Below are positions 17,270 to 27,490 of a stretch of 64,000 bases of DNA, one piece after another. The translations under genes were made by a program, and so were the position numbers. Origin of the DNA: Candidatus Aminicenantes bacterium (GTDB taxonomy: Bacteria; Acidobacteriota; Aminicenantia; Aminicenantales; Saccharicenantaceae). Location: NCBI GenBank assembly GCA_026393975.1, contig JAPKZD010000012.1, positions 27,007 to 91,006 on the forward strand, read 5' to 3'. How positions within the stretch are numbered: the first letter of the stretch is position 1; each line of letters opens with the position of its first letter. The notes beneath the pieces were generated by a model that saw only the letters and a program-made list of their open reading frames with translations, had not been told where the DNA came from and did not search any database.

Positions 17270-18526
17270 TCACTTCGACTTCGGGTTCCACTTCCCCCTG
17301 GCCACGGGCGGGATGTAATCATCCAGGCCCTTGAACGGGAAGGCCAGGGTCTTGCCCAGCTCGGCGCTCCGATAGGCGGCCATGAGGAGCTCGGCGACGG
17401 CGACGCCGTCGGTGAAATTCTCCTCGGGCCGGACGCCCCTGAGGAACGACTGGACCATGTGCCGGTTCTCGGCAATGTAGCCGTATTCGCCGGCTTCGTC
17501 GGCGACGATGGGCATCAGCCCGATCTCGGCGTTCTGCTTCTCGACGAGGTCCTCGCCGGCCTTGCCCTGGACCTCGCGGCTGAAGAAGACCTTGAGGCCG
17601 GCGTCGAGGGAGTTGATCTGGAGGGCGTACTCGGGCCCGAGGAGCTCCATGCTCAAGCGGAGGCCCGCCCCGACGTAGCACCAGCTCGTCGTCGTCTCGA
17701 CGACGAGGATCTTGCCGGCCTTGTCCTTGTATTCGACGAGCGACCGGGCGAAGTCCTCGGCCGGCCGCTTGAGGTAGTCGGTCTTGCCGCCGCTGTTTTT
17801 GGCCAGGATGGCGGCGTATTTGGGCTCCTGCCACTTGAGGCAGTTGGTGTAGGCGGTGACGCTCACGGGCGTCAGGACGTCGCGGGGGGCGCCGGGCGGG
17901 GTCAGCATGAATCGGGCCTCCTCGACCGAGTGGCACATCATGTCGTTGAGGACGCCGCCGCCCTGCAGAGCGCCTTCCCAGAACCAGGGCATATGGGGGC
18001 CGCTGTGCTCCTCGGCGGCCCGGGCCAGATAAGGAGGCCCGGACAGGGCCGCGCCGCGGGCCCAGACGATCTCCTTGCCCCGCACGACGGCCGGGGAGAA
18101 GACCTGGTTTTCCAGGTAGCCGTCGAGGAGGCCGGCCTTTCGCGCAAGCTCGAGCATGTTCTTGGCCTCGCGGACGTTGCGGCCGAGCGGTTTCTCGCAG
18201 GCCACGCCAACGAGCTCCGCCTTCCCCTTGCTCACGGCGTGAGCGATCTCCTCCATGACCGCCCCACGGGTGTAGTTCGGGGCGCATATCCAGAGGGCCC
18301 CGATGCGCGGGTCGGCGGCCATGTCCGTGATCGAGGCGTAGGGCTTGGCTTCGCCGACGCCGAGCGACTTGACCAGGGCGCAGGCCTCGCGGGCGCGTTT
18401 CGCGTCAGGGTCGAAGACGCCCAGGATGTCGGCGTCGCGGACGCCGACCCAGGACTTGATGTGGAAGCGGGCGATGAACCCGCCGCCGATGATTCCGATG
18501 CCGAGGACCTGTACTTTCTTTGTCAT
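17270..18526 (-). CDS. Gfo/Idh/MocA family NAD(P)-dependent oxidoreductase
   Basis: GIIGGGFIA Rossmann motif, CEKPL, GGGVLNDMMCH. Confidence 0.9.
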   Translation of the reverse strand: MTKKVQVLGIGIIGGGFIARFHIKSWVGVRDADILGVFDPDAKRAREACALVKSLGVGEAKPYASITDMAADPRIGALWICAPNYTRGAVMEEIAHAVSKGKAELVGVACEKPLGRNVREAKNMLELARKAGLLDGYLENQVFSPAVVRGKEIVWARGAALSGPPYLARAAEEHSGPHMPWFWEGALQGGGVLNDMMCHSVEEARFMLTPPGAPRDVLTPVSVTAYTNCLKWQEPKYAAILAKNSGGKTDYLKRPAEDFARSLVEYKDKAGKILVVETTTSWCYVGAGLRLSMELLGPEYALQINSLDAGLKVFFSREVQGKAGEDLVEKQNAEIGLMPIVADEAGEYGYIAENRHMVQSFLRGVRPEENFTDGVAVAELLMAAYRSAELGKTLAFPFKGLDDYIPPVARGKWNPKSK

Positions 18527-18646
18527 GTCATGAATCTCCCGCATCGGGGACACGGTTCAGAAGTTCATGTCCCCATATGGTCCCTCAGTTGGACCTCCTT
18601 TTTTGAGGACTCTACATACCTTAAATATCGACGGATTGTCAATTTC

Positions 18647-20572
18647 TCAGGGGGTCTCGTCGAGGCGGCTGACGATGATCCGGTTCTGGGGGTGCAGGAT
18701 ATTCTTGGCCTCGGGCATGAAGAGATGCTCGAGCCGCGTCCCGTAGAACTCGGCGATCTTGCCCCTGACCATTTTCAGCGTGGAATTGAGAAGATGGTTT
18801 TGTTCGGTGAAGCCTTCGCCGAGGACGGCCACGGCGGCGGGCAGCCAGCGCGCCGGGAACATCCCGGCGTGTTTCCCGCCTTCGCGGAAGGCGCCGATCT
18901 CGCCCTCGAGGAGCCGCAGGGCGGCCTCCTGGCCTTCCGGCGTCTTGACGCTGAGGCCTTTCGCCTTGAGTCCGCGCAGGAGGGCCTCCCTGTTCGGGAC
19001 GAGCAGGGCGACCGTGAAGGGCGACTGGTTGTTGTAGAGCATGATTTGCTCGATGTAAAAGGAGGCGTCGGTGATGGCCTCCTCGATGACCTCAGGGCTG
19101 TACTTCTCGCCGTCGCTCCCGATGAGCAGGCTCTTCATCCGGCCGAGGACATAAAGGAAGCCGTCGGTGTCGAGATAGCCGAGGTCCCCCGTGTAGAGCC
19201 AGCCGTTGCGGAGGGCCTCGCGCGAAGCCTTCTCGTTTTTCCAATAGCCGGCCATGACGTTCTCGCCGCGGACGACGATCTCCCCGGTTTTTCCAGCCGG
19301 GAGCTCGCAGCCCTGGTCGTCGCAGATCCGGAGTTCGAGGCCCGGAGCGATCCGTCCCGAGGAGCCGAGCTTGTGGGCCTTCAGGCTGTTGGCCGAGACG
19401 ACCGGCGCGGCCTCGGTCAGCCCATAGCCCTGGAACATGGGCATGCCCAGGGCGTAGAAGAACCGCTGGAGCTCGATGTCGAGCAGGGCCCCGCCGCCGA
19501 CGAAGAACTCGAGACGGCCGCCGAAATTCTCCCGGATCTTGCCGAAGATGAGCTTGTCGTAGAGGGTGTAGAGGGGCTTCTTCAGTATCGTCAGGCCGCG
19601 GCCCTTGTTCCATCCTTCGGCATTGTAGTCGACGGCGAACTTCAGGGCCTTGCCGAAGAGGGCCTCAACCATCGGACCCTTGTCGCGGACGCCTTTCTCG
19701 ATATTCTTCCGGAAGTTCTTGGCCAGTGCCGGCACGCTCAGGAGAAGGTGGGGCCTTGTGTCGCGGATGTTCTGCGGGATATTGCGCAGGGTTTCCATGG
19801 GCGTCCGGCCAAGTTCGATCGAGGCCATCGCGGCGCCGCTCCTCATAAGGGAGTAGATACCGCAGGTGTGGGCGAAGGCATGGTCCCACGGAAGGATGAG
19901 CAGGGACACATAGTGCTCGGGGCAGTCGACGAGAGCCCGCGACTGTTCGATATTGGCGGTGTAGTTCCGGTGGGTGAGGATGATGCCCTTGGGGTCGGCG
20001 GTCGTCCCCGACGTGTAGCAGATGTTGGCGTAATTGTCCTCCCGGACGGCCTCGAACGCGGCCTTGAATTCCGGTCGGCGAAACCCGAGGAATTCCTCTC
20101 CCTTCCGGAGAACCTCGGCGGCGGGGATCTCGTCAGGCGTATAGGCCTCGACTTCGTCCAGGACGACGGTGGTGACGAGCTCGGGCAGGTCTTTCCGGAC
20201 CTGGCGGATCTTGCCGAGCTGGGACCTCGAGACGACGGCTAGGCGGCATCCGGAATGGGCCAAGCGGAACTTGAGGTCGCCAAGCTCATCCACCTTGACC
20301 GAGATCGGGACGTTGACGGCCCCGACGAAGAGGATACCGAGCTCGCTCACGATCCAGTCCCGTCGGCCTTCGGAAATGAGGGCGGCGCGGTCGCCCTTGC
20401 CGAGGCCCAGGCTCATCAATCCAGCCGCGAACTTGTGGACGAGGCCGCGCATTTCGGCATACGTCGTCGGCTCATACCGCTCGCCGTTCTTCTCCCAGAT
20501 GAGGACGTTCCCTGGGTAAGCCTTGACGCTGTCCTCGAAGAGCCGGGGGAGTGTCCGTTCGGCCATGGGCAT
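18647..20572 (-). CDS. fadD: Long-chain fatty-acid-CoA ligase (AMP-binding family)
   Basis: YTSGTTADPKG, QGYGLTE, GEIVVRGENVMAGY, WLYTGDLG. Confidence 0.88.
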   Translation of the reverse strand: MPMAERTLPRLFEDSVKAYPGNVLIWEKNGERYEPTTYAEMRGLVHKFAAGLMSLGLGKGDRAALISEGRRDWIVSELGILFVGAVNVPISVKVDELGDLKFRLAHSGCRLAVVSRSQLGKIRQVRKDLPELVTTVVLDEVEAYTPDEIPAAEVLRKGEEFLGFRRPEFKAAFEAVREDNYANICYTSGTTADPKGIILTHRNYTANIEQSRALVDCPEHYVSLLILPWDHAFAHTCGIYSLMRSGAAMASIELGRTPMETLRNIPQNIRDTRPHLLLSVPALAKNFRKNIEKGVRDKGPMVEALFGKALKFAVDYNAEGWNKGRGLTILKKPLYTLYDKLIFGKIRENFGGRLEFFVGGGALLDIELQRFFYALGMPMFQGYGLTEAAPVVSANSLKAHKLGSSGRIAPGLELRICDDQGCELPAGKTGEIVVRGENVMAGYWKNEKASREALRNGWLYTGDLGYLDTDGFLYVLGRMKSLLIGSDGEKYSPEVIEEAITDASFYIEQIMLYNNQSPFTVALLVPNREALLRGLKAKGLSVKTPEGQEAALRLLEGEIGAFREGGKHAGMFPARWLPAAVAVLGEGFTEQNHLLNSTLKMVRGKIAEFYGTRLEHLFMPEAKNILHPQNRIIVSRLDETP

Positions 20573-20729
20573 CCTTCTCTTCCGGAATGATTTTTCTCAT
20601 CCTACGTCCGGCCGCTAGAAATGTCAAAATTCATTTTCGAACGGCCCGGGCCGACTAATCCATCGCGGGCCATTACGTATCTGGAGGCACCCGTTTGGGG
20701 ACGTTGAATCTCGATACGAGCAGGCGGCC

Positions 20730-21092
20730 ATGAGGGACAAGCGCCGGGACGTCCGTATCGTCGAGGAAAACAAAGTCGTCGTTTCGTTAATGACCGGCGA
20801 GATCCACCCCGGCACTCCGACGGTTTATTATTCCCTGACGCGCGACATCTCCGTGGGCGGAATCCGTATCATGACCGTGGCCCCGCTCGAAGCGGGCGCC
20901 CGCGTCCGGCTGGACATCACTCTGGGCCGGTCCCGCAAGCGGATCCGGGCCATCGCCGAGGTCCGCTGGGTCAGGGAGCTTTACGGCCGGGAGGTTTTCG
21001 AGGCCGGGCTCCAGTTCGTCGGCCTCGAACCGAACGCCGAATTCACACTCATCGACCACATTTTCGGGCTGAAGACCGACAGCGGGGCCTGA
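20730..21092 (+). CDS. Stand-alone PilZ domain protein (c-di-GMP receptor)
   Basis: RxxxR (KRRDVR) and DxSxxG (DISVGG) motifs; AEVRWV..AGLQF. Confidence 0.85.
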   Translation: MRDKRRDVRIVEENKVVVSLMTGEIHPGTPTVYYSLTRDISVGGIRIMTVAPLEAGARVRLDITLGRSRKRIRAIAEVRWVRELYGREVFEAGLQFVGLEPNAEFTLIDHIFGLKTDSGA

Positions 21093-21162
21093 CCCGTCCG
21101 GACTTGCTTTTCTCCTGATCCTAAGTTAAAAATGAAACTCGTCCCGGAAAGGAGGAGGTCCC

Positions 21163-22539
21163 ATGTCCAAAATAGTCCTGACCGTAGCCTGCCTTCTCGC
21201 GCTGGCTCTGGCCGTGGCGGCCATCGCGCCGCCCCGTGCCGAGACCGACGCGGAACGCCAGGCCCGCTTGAAATGGTGGACCGACGCCCGTTTCGGCATG
21301 TTCATCCACTGGGGCCTTTACGCCCTGCCCGCCAGGCACGAGTGGGTCAAGAGCAACGAGCGGATGACCGACGAAGCCTACGCCCGGTACTTCGCCCATT
21401 TCAACCCGGACCTCTACAACCCCCGCGAATGGGCCCGCGCCGCCCGGCTGGCCGGGATGAAGTATTTCGTCGTCACGATGAAGCATCACGAAGGCTTCTG
21501 CCTCTGGGATTCGAAGCTCACGGACTACAAGGCCACCCGCACACCCTACGGCCAGGACCTCATAAAGCCGCTCATCGAGGCCATGCGGGCCGAAGGCCTC
21601 CGGGTCGGCTTCTACTACTCCCTTCTCGACTGGCATCACCCGGAATACACGGTCGATATGCACCACCCGATGCGGGACGACAAGGCTTTCGTCGAGAAGT
21701 CGAAAACGCGCGATCTCGGCAAGTACGCCGACTACCTCTTCGCCCAGGTCAGGGAGATCCTGACGGAGTTCGGCCGGATCGACACGCTCTTCCTGGATTT
21801 CTCGTTTCCGGGCGCGAACGGCAAGGGGCGGAACGAATGGCGGTCGGAAAAGCTCCTCAAGATGATCCGCAAGCTCCAGCCCGGGATCATCGTCAACGAC
21901 CGGCTCGATCTGCTCGACGTCGCGGGCGGCTGGGACTACCGGACGCCGGAGCAGTTCATGCCCCGGGAGTGGGTCAAGGTCGACGGCAAGCCCGTGCCCT
22001 GGGAGACGTGCCAGACGTTTTCCGGCTCCTGGGGGTACGACCGGGAAGAATCCACTTGGAAATCCGTCCGTCAGCTGGTCGCCATGCTCATCGAGACCGT
22101 CAGCAAGGGCGGCAACCTCCTCCTCAACGTCGGCCCCACGGCCCGCGGGACGTTCGACGCCCGGGCCGTAGAAAGGCTTCAGGGGATCGGCGCGTGGATG
22201 GAGAAGAACGGCCGTTCGATCTACGGCTGTACCCAGGCCCCCGCGCAGTTCCCTGCGCCCGCCAACTGCCTGCTGACCTACAACGTCGAAGCCAAGCGCC
22301 TCTACGTCCATGTCCTCGAATGGCCGTTGGGCGTCCTCGCCCTCGACGGCTTCGCCGGCCGGGTCGAATACGCCCAACTCCTCCACGACGCGTCCGAAGT
22401 CCCCTTCACCGAAAAGGGAGGGCAGGTCGGCTTCATGCCGGGTTCGAGGGGCCGGGAAGCGGAAAACACCCTGACGCTCCGGCTTCCCGTCCGCAAGCCC
22501 GACGTCGAGGTGCCGGTCATCGAGCTTTTCTTGAAATAG
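21163..22539 (+). CDS. Alpha-L-fucosidase (GH29)
   Basis: WWTDARFGMFIHWG, KHHEGFCLW, YYSLLDW, GGNLLLNVGP; signal peptide; AGGAGG RBS. Confidence 0.93.
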   Translation: MSKIVLTVACLLALALAVAAIAPPRAETDAERQARLKWWTDARFGMFIHWGLYALPARHEWVKSNERMTDEAYARYFAHFNPDLYNPREWARAARLAGMKYFVVTMKHHEGFCLWDSKLTDYKATRTPYGQDLIKPLIEAMRAEGLRVGFYYSLLDWHHPEYTVDMHHPMRDDKAFVEKSKTRDLGKYADYLFAQVREILTEFGRIDTLFLDFSFPGANGKGRNEWRSEKLLKMIRKLQPGIIVNDRLDLLDVAGGWDYRTPEQFMPREWVKVDGKPVPWETCQTFSGSWGYDREESTWKSVRQLVAMLIETVSKGGNLLLNVGPTARGTFDARAVERLQGIGAWMEKNGRSIYGCTQAPAQFPAPANCLLTYNVEAKRLYVHVLEWPLGVLALDGFAGRVEYAQLLHDASEVPFTEKGGQVGFMPGSRGREAENTLTLRLPVRKPDVEVPVIELFLK

Positions 22540-22597
22540 CAGTGTTGGACCTTCGGTCCGATAGACCGATCTCGGAAGAGACAGACGGAGACTCGCC

Positions 22598-24466
22598 ATG
22601 AACATGCGAACATCGAAAACAGCCCTCGCCCTCGCCGCCGCGGCCATGGCCGCCTTGCTTTTTCCCGTAACCGCGGCCGCCACGCCCAAGGATTACTATT
22701 TTCCGGAAGTCAAGGTGGACGTCACGGTCGAGCGTGACGGCTCGTTCCTCGTGGACGAATACCGGACGTTCGAGTTCGAGGGCGGCTTCAGCTACGCCTA
22801 CATTGTCATCCCCCTGCGAGTCGAACGGCTGGGCGTCCGCCGCGAAATCGAGGTTTCGGGAATCGCCGTGACGGACGAGCAGGGGATGGCCCTGAGAACG
22901 GAGATCGGAGAGGATGGCGGGCGTCTCACCGCCAAGTGGTTCTATTCGGCCCGTGACGAGAGGCGGACCTTTCGCATCCACTACCGCGTCACGGGAGCGA
23001 TCGTGAGCTACGCGGACGTCACCGAACTCTACTGGCAGGCGATCGGCGACGCCTGGGACAAGCCGGCCAAAAACGTCCGGGTCACGGTCCTTCTTCCCGG
23101 CCCGGTCGCGAAGAAGGAGGAGCTCAACGTCTGGGGCCACGGCCCCCTCGCCGGCTGGGCCGAGGTCGTCGACGAGCGCACGGCCCGTTTTTCCGCTTCG
23201 GGCCTGGCCTCTCGCCAGTTTTTCGAGATCCGCGTCGTCTGGCCGGCCGGGATGGTCGTCGGAGTCCCGTCAGACCGCTACGATCTCGCCTCCATCAAGG
23301 CCGAAGAGCAGGGCTACGTCCAGGATACGATCGAGCGTGTCCGCAGGGCCCAGAGGGAAGAGGAACTCGGCCGGCAAGGTTCCGCGGCGAACAAGCGGAG
23401 TTTCCTGAAGGTCCTGGGCATCTGGGGAGGTTGGCAGGTCGTCGGCCCGCTCGTTTGGCTCCTCGTTTATTTCCGCGTCTGGTCGGCCGCGGGGAAGGAC
23501 TACCGGTTCGAAGGCCTCCCGGATTACGTTCGCGAGCCGCCGTCGAAAAACCCGCCGGCCATCGTCCAGACGCTGATGCGAGAGGGACGGACCGTGACGC
23601 CGGCGGCGTTCACGGCGACGCTCTTCGACCTGGCCCGTCGGGGCGTCCTGGAGATGGAGGACCGGAATGTCCAGAAAAAGGGGCTCTTCGGCTCCAAGGA
23701 GGCCGTGGAAACGACTGTCACCCTGAAAAAAGACCTGTCACAGGCCGGAGACCTGCTGCCCTACGAAAAAGCGCTCCTTTTATTCCTGTTCGAAGAGGCC
23801 GTTCACTCCGGAACGAACAAGGGGTCCTCCTTCCGCGTCGACGAACTCCAGAGCTTCCTGAAGAAAAAGCCCCAGAAATTCCAGGTCTGGTACCTGAAAT
23901 GGACGAAGGGCATCCGGGAGGAGGCGAAGTCCCGTGGCTTCCTCGAGCCGGAAAGCCTCAAGGCCCGGAACCTTTTCTATGCCGTCTCTCTGCCTTTGGC
24001 CATCCTGACCCTCAGCCCCGTCCTGCTCATCATCGCCGTGGCCCTCATCCCGACCCTCAAGAGGAGGACGATGGCCTGGGCCAGTGAGAACGAAGGCTGG
24101 AAGGGCCTCAAGCGCTTCCTCGACGACTTCTCCGAATTCGGAGAGATCCCGCCGGAATCCTACAAGCTCTGGGAGCGCTACCTCGTCTTCGGCATCCTCT
24201 TCGGCAACGCGAAAAAGATCCTAAAGATGCTGCCCGTCATACTGCAGGACGACCGGGCCGCCGTGCCCGTATGGTACGTAGGATTCAGCCGGGCGGGGTT
24301 GCTGACCGGCGGCGGCCTTCAAAGCATGATCAGCAGTATCGAACACACGGCCACGGCCATCCACCAGGCCAGCACTTCGGCCGCCCACTATTCGTCCGGC
24401 GGGGGCGGCGGTTTCAGCGGTGGGGGGGGCGGAGGCGGAGGGGGCGGGGGTGGAGGCGCCGGTTGA
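22598..24466 (+). CDS. DUF2207 (YciQ-like) membrane protein with Gly-rich tail
   Basis: ELYWQAIG..W, ATLFDLARRG, GLKRFL, WERYLVFG, C-terminal GGGFSGGGGGGGGGGG. Confidence 0.9.
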   Translation: MNMRTSKTALALAAAAMAALLFPVTAAATPKDYYFPEVKVDVTVERDGSFLVDEYRTFEFEGGFSYAYIVIPLRVERLGVRREIEVSGIAVTDEQGMALRTEIGEDGGRLTAKWFYSARDERRTFRIHYRVTGAIVSYADVTELYWQAIGDAWDKPAKNVRVTVLLPGPVAKKEELNVWGHGPLAGWAEVVDERTARFSASGLASRQFFEIRVVWPAGMVVGVPSDRYDLASIKAEEQGYVQDTIERVRRAQREEELGRQGSAANKRSFLKVLGIWGGWQVVGPLVWLLVYFRVWSAAGKDYRFEGLPDYVREPPSKNPPAIVQTLMREGRTVTPAAFTATLFDLARRGVLEMEDRNVQKKGLFGSKEAVETTVTLKKDLSQAGDLLPYEKALLLFLFEEAVHSGTNKGSSFRVDELQSFLKKKPQKFQVWYLKWTKGIREEAKSRGFLEPESLKARNLFYAVSLPLAILTLSPVLLIIAVALIPTLKRRTMAWASENEGWKGLKRFLDDFSEFGEIPPESYKLWERYLVFGILFGNAKKILKMLPVILQDDRAAVPVWYVGFSRAGLLTGGGLQSMISSIEHTATAIHQASTSAAHYSSGGGGGFSGGGGGGGGGGGGGAG

Positions 24467-24990
24467 TGAGAGACGCCACGAAACCCCGCCTCGGCGCCCT
24501 GGCCCTGGCCGTCCTCTGCCTTTTGCCGGCGGGCTGCGGGACGCCGTCCGAAGAGGCCCGCGTCACGGAACTCCTGAAAAAGTCCGTGGCGTTGGCCGAA
24601 AAAAGGGAGGTCCGCTCCCTGATGGGGTTTTTCGCGGCGGAATATTCCGACTTCGAGGGCAGGGACAAGGCGGACGCCGAGCGGCTCATCGCCGATTACC
24701 TGGGGAGGTTTCGGGGGGTCGTCATCCATCTCCTGAGCGTGCGCGTGGATTGGCCCGGCCCGGAAGGACGAGCCGCCGTCGAGTGCGAAATGTCGTTTTC
24801 GCATGGGGCAGCAGAGGTCCTGCGGAAGCTCCTCCCCTATACCGGCGAATATTACCGGTTCCGGTTCGACCTGAAAAAATCCGGAGAAGGAGAGTGGCGT
24901 TTCGCCTATGCGGATTGGCAGTCCGTCTCTCTCACCGACCTCTTCCCGGAATCCCTGAAGATCCTGAAGAAACTTTTTCCAGACCTTTAA
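24466..24990 (+). CDS. Hypothetical lipoprotein (NTF2/SnoaL-like)
   Basis: TGATG overlap with the upstream stop; lipobox-like LPAGC; FFAAEYSDFEG. Confidence 0.6.
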   Translation: MRDATKPRLGALALAVLCLLPAGCGTPSEEARVTELLKKSVALAEKREVRSLMGFFAAEYSDFEGRDKADAERLIADYLGRFRGVVIHLLSVRVDWPGPEGRAAVECEMSFSHGAAEVLRKLLPYTGEYYRFRFDLKKSGEGEWRFAYADWQSVSLTDLFPESLKILKKLFPDL

Positions 24991-25061
24991 CGTATCCCTG
25001 AATGAAGGGATGTTTCCGGCCGCCGGCCGGGACGCCCATAATCGACGTTCGGAGGGTGAAC

Positions 25062-25328
25062 ATGGACGATGAAAATAAACAAGGCAAAACGAAGTTCGAG
25101 GAATTCCGGCTGAACGGCGGGGAGATCCTCAACAAGGTCAAGGAGATCATCCACCAGGGCAACGTCCGCCGGATCATCCTCAAGGACGAGCACGGGAAGA
25201 CGTTCATGGAGATCCCGCTCACCGTCGGCGTCGTCGGCGCCATCGTCGCGCCCATCATGGCCGCCGTCGGGGCCGTCGCCGCGCTCGCCTCGAACCTGAC
25301 CATCATCGTCGAGAAGACCGAAGACTGA
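25062..25328 (+). CDS. DUF4342 domain protein
   Basis: KVKEIIHQGNVRRIILK..EIPLTVGVVGA; GGAGG RBS. Confidence 0.88.
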   Translation: MDDENKQGKTKFEEFRLNGGEILNKVKEIIHQGNVRRIILKDEHGKTFMEIPLTVGVVGAIVAPIMAAVGAVAALASNLTIIVEKTED

Positions 25329-25408
25329 CCTTCGCGGCCGCCGCTTTTCTTTGGCGCTCCTCCATGCTATAACTGGTCCCTCGGATTCCGAAGCATGGAG
25401 GAGCGATC

Positions 25409-27490
25409 ATGAGCGGATACGTGTCGGCGAAATCCCGGGTTCTCTTTATTTTGACCTTATTGACGCTCGGAAGCGTCCTTGCTATATGCCTTCCCGCCGC
25501 CGCGGCCGCCTCCGTCGATGGCAGCCTCAAGCTCATGCCCGTTCCTGCGAGCATGACGGTCCGAGAGGGGCGCTTCCGGGTCGACGAGGACCTGACTATC
25601 GGCGGACGGAGCCCGCAGACGGGCCGGGCCTTCAAGGCCGCCGCCCGTTTCATGTCCCGGTTGGCCGGGAGGACCGGGCTCTTCCTGAAACAGGATTTTC
25701 TGGCTGCCCAAGATCCCCCGGGTGAGGGAGGCGTTCTCTACGGCTTCGAAAGAGCCGGGGCGCTCCTGCCGAACGAGGATGAGTCCTACGCGCTCACGGT
25801 CGATCCGGACAAGGTCACGTTGGACGCCAAGACGGACATCGGTGTCCTGCGCGGCCTCGAAACCCTGCTCCAGCTCCTCAGCGTGGACGAGGCAGGCTAC
25901 TATTTTCCCTGCGTCGATATCGCCGACAAACCGCGCTTCACCTGGCGCGGGCTGCTCATCGACGTCGGCCGTCACTTCCAGCCCGTCGACGTCATCAAGC
26001 GGAACCTTGATGCCATGGCCGCGGTCAAGATGAACGTCTTCCACTGGCATCTGACCGAGGACCAGGGCTTTCGGGTCGAATCCAAGGTCTTTCCCAAGCT
26101 CAACCAGCTCGGCTCCGATGGGATGTTCTACACCCAGGGCCAGATCCGGGATATCATCGACTACGCGGCCGAACGCGGGATCCGGGTCATGCCCGAGTTC
26201 GACATCCCCGGCCATTCGACGAGCTGGTTCGTCGCCTACCCCGAGTTCTCGAGCGCGCCGGGCCCTTACGGGATCGAAAGGAAGTTCGGCGTCTTCGGTC
26301 CGGCCTTCAACCCGGCCGACGAGCGGATCTATCCCTTCCTCGACGCGTTCCTCAAGGAGATGAGCGCCCTGTTTCCCGACCCGTACCTGCATATCGGGGG
26401 GGACGAAGTCGAAGGCCATCAGTGGGAAGCCAACCCGGCCATCCAGGCCTTCAAGAAAAAGAGCGGCCTCGCGGACAACGGCGCCCTCCAGGCCTATTTC
26501 AACAAGCGTCTTCTCAAGATCCTGACCAAGTACGGCAAGAAGATGGTCGGCTGGGACGAGGTCTTCCAGCCCGGGCTGCCGAACGACATCGTCATCCATT
26601 CCTGGCGCGGCCCGAAGGCCCTCGTCGAGGCTGCTCAGAAGGGATATCAGGGGATCCTCTCGAACGGCTATTACATCGATCTGTGCCAGCCGGCCGAGGC
26701 CCATTATCTGAACGACCCCCTGCCTCCGGATTCGCCGCTCGACGACCGTCAGAAGGCGCTCATCCTGGGCGGCGAAGCGACGATGTGGTCCGAGCTGGTG
26801 ACGCCGGAGACGATCGACTCGCGGATCTGGCCGCGGACGGCGGCCATCGCCGAGCGGTTCTGGTCCCCGGGCTCGGTGACGAACGTTGACGACATGTACC
26901 GCCGGCTCGGTCTGGTCAGCGTCGAGCTCGAGGAGCTGGGCCTCCTCCATCTCAAGAACCCGGATATGCTGCTCAGACGCCTCGCCGGTGACCCGCGGAT
27001 CGAGCCGCTGAAGGTCCTGGCGGAAGCTGTCGAGCCGCTCAAGAATTACGAGCGGCACGGCCAGGCCGCCTACACCAGCCTTTCCCCCTTCACGCGCTTC
27101 GTCGACGCCTGCGCGCCCGAATCCCTTGCCGCGCGGGCCTTCAGGAAGAACATCGACCAGTTCCTGACTGGAAAAGACCCGATGCTCGGCCGGGAGATCG
27201 GCGCGACCCTGGCGCTTTGGAAGGCCAACCACGTCCTGGTCCTGCCCCTCATCGCGGCTTCGCCGGCTTTGAGAGAGATCGAGCCTCTGTCGCTCGGCCT
27301 GGCCCGTGCCTGCGAGGTCGGGCTCGAGGCGCTCGACCGGCTCATGAAGGGGCAGAGCCAGCCGGCGGCCTGGGCGGAGGAAAAGGGGAAGATCCTGGCC
27401 GAAGCGGCCAAACCGGCGGCCCACGCCGAACTCGCCGTTCTCTCGGCCGTGACCAAGTTGGTCGAGGCCTGTGCGGGGCCGGTCAAATGA
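25409..27490 (+). CDS. Beta-N-acetylhexosaminidase (GH20)
   Basis: DESYAL, PRFTWRGLLID, FHWHLTEDQG, PEFDIPGH, HIGGDE, GGEATMWSE, WPRTAAIAE. Confidence 0.95.
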   Translation: MSGYVSAKSRVLFILTLLTLGSVLAICLPAAAAASVDGSLKLMPVPASMTVREGRFRVDEDLTIGGRSPQTGRAFKAAARFMSRLAGRTGLFLKQDFLAAQDPPGEGGVLYGFERAGALLPNEDESYALTVDPDKVTLDAKTDIGVLRGLETLLQLLSVDEAGYYFPCVDIADKPRFTWRGLLIDVGRHFQPVDVIKRNLDAMAAVKMNVFHWHLTEDQGFRVESKVFPKLNQLGSDGMFYTQGQIRDIIDYAAERGIRVMPEFDIPGHSTSWFVAYPEFSSAPGPYGIERKFGVFGPAFNPADERIYPFLDAFLKEMSALFPDPYLHIGGDEVEGHQWEANPAIQAFKKKSGLADNGALQAYFNKRLLKILTKYGKKMVGWDEVFQPGLPNDIVIHSWRGPKALVEAAQKGYQGILSNGYYIDLCQPAEAHYLNDPLPPDSPLDDRQKALILGGEATMWSELVTPETIDSRIWPRTAAIAERFWSPGSVTNVDDMYRRLGLVSVELEELGLLHLKNPDMLLRRLAGDPRIEPLKVLAEAVEPLKNYERHGQAAYTSLSPFTRFVDACAPESLAARAFRKNIDQFLTGKDPMLGREIGATLALWKANHVLVLPLIAASPALREIEPLSLGLARACEVGLEALDRLMKGQSQPAAWAEEKGKILAEAAKPAAHAELAVLSAVTKLVEACAGPVK

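Noticed and set aside
18527-18646. Riboswitch or leader peptide upstream of the Gfo/Idh/MocA gene
   Set aside because: Two small hairpins and a 3-codon ORF are visible, but there is no recognisable riboswitch consensus or attenuator.
24400-24465. G-rich tract (possible G-quadruplex or phase-variable repeat)
   Set aside because: Explained by the poly-Gly tail typical of DUF2207 proteins.
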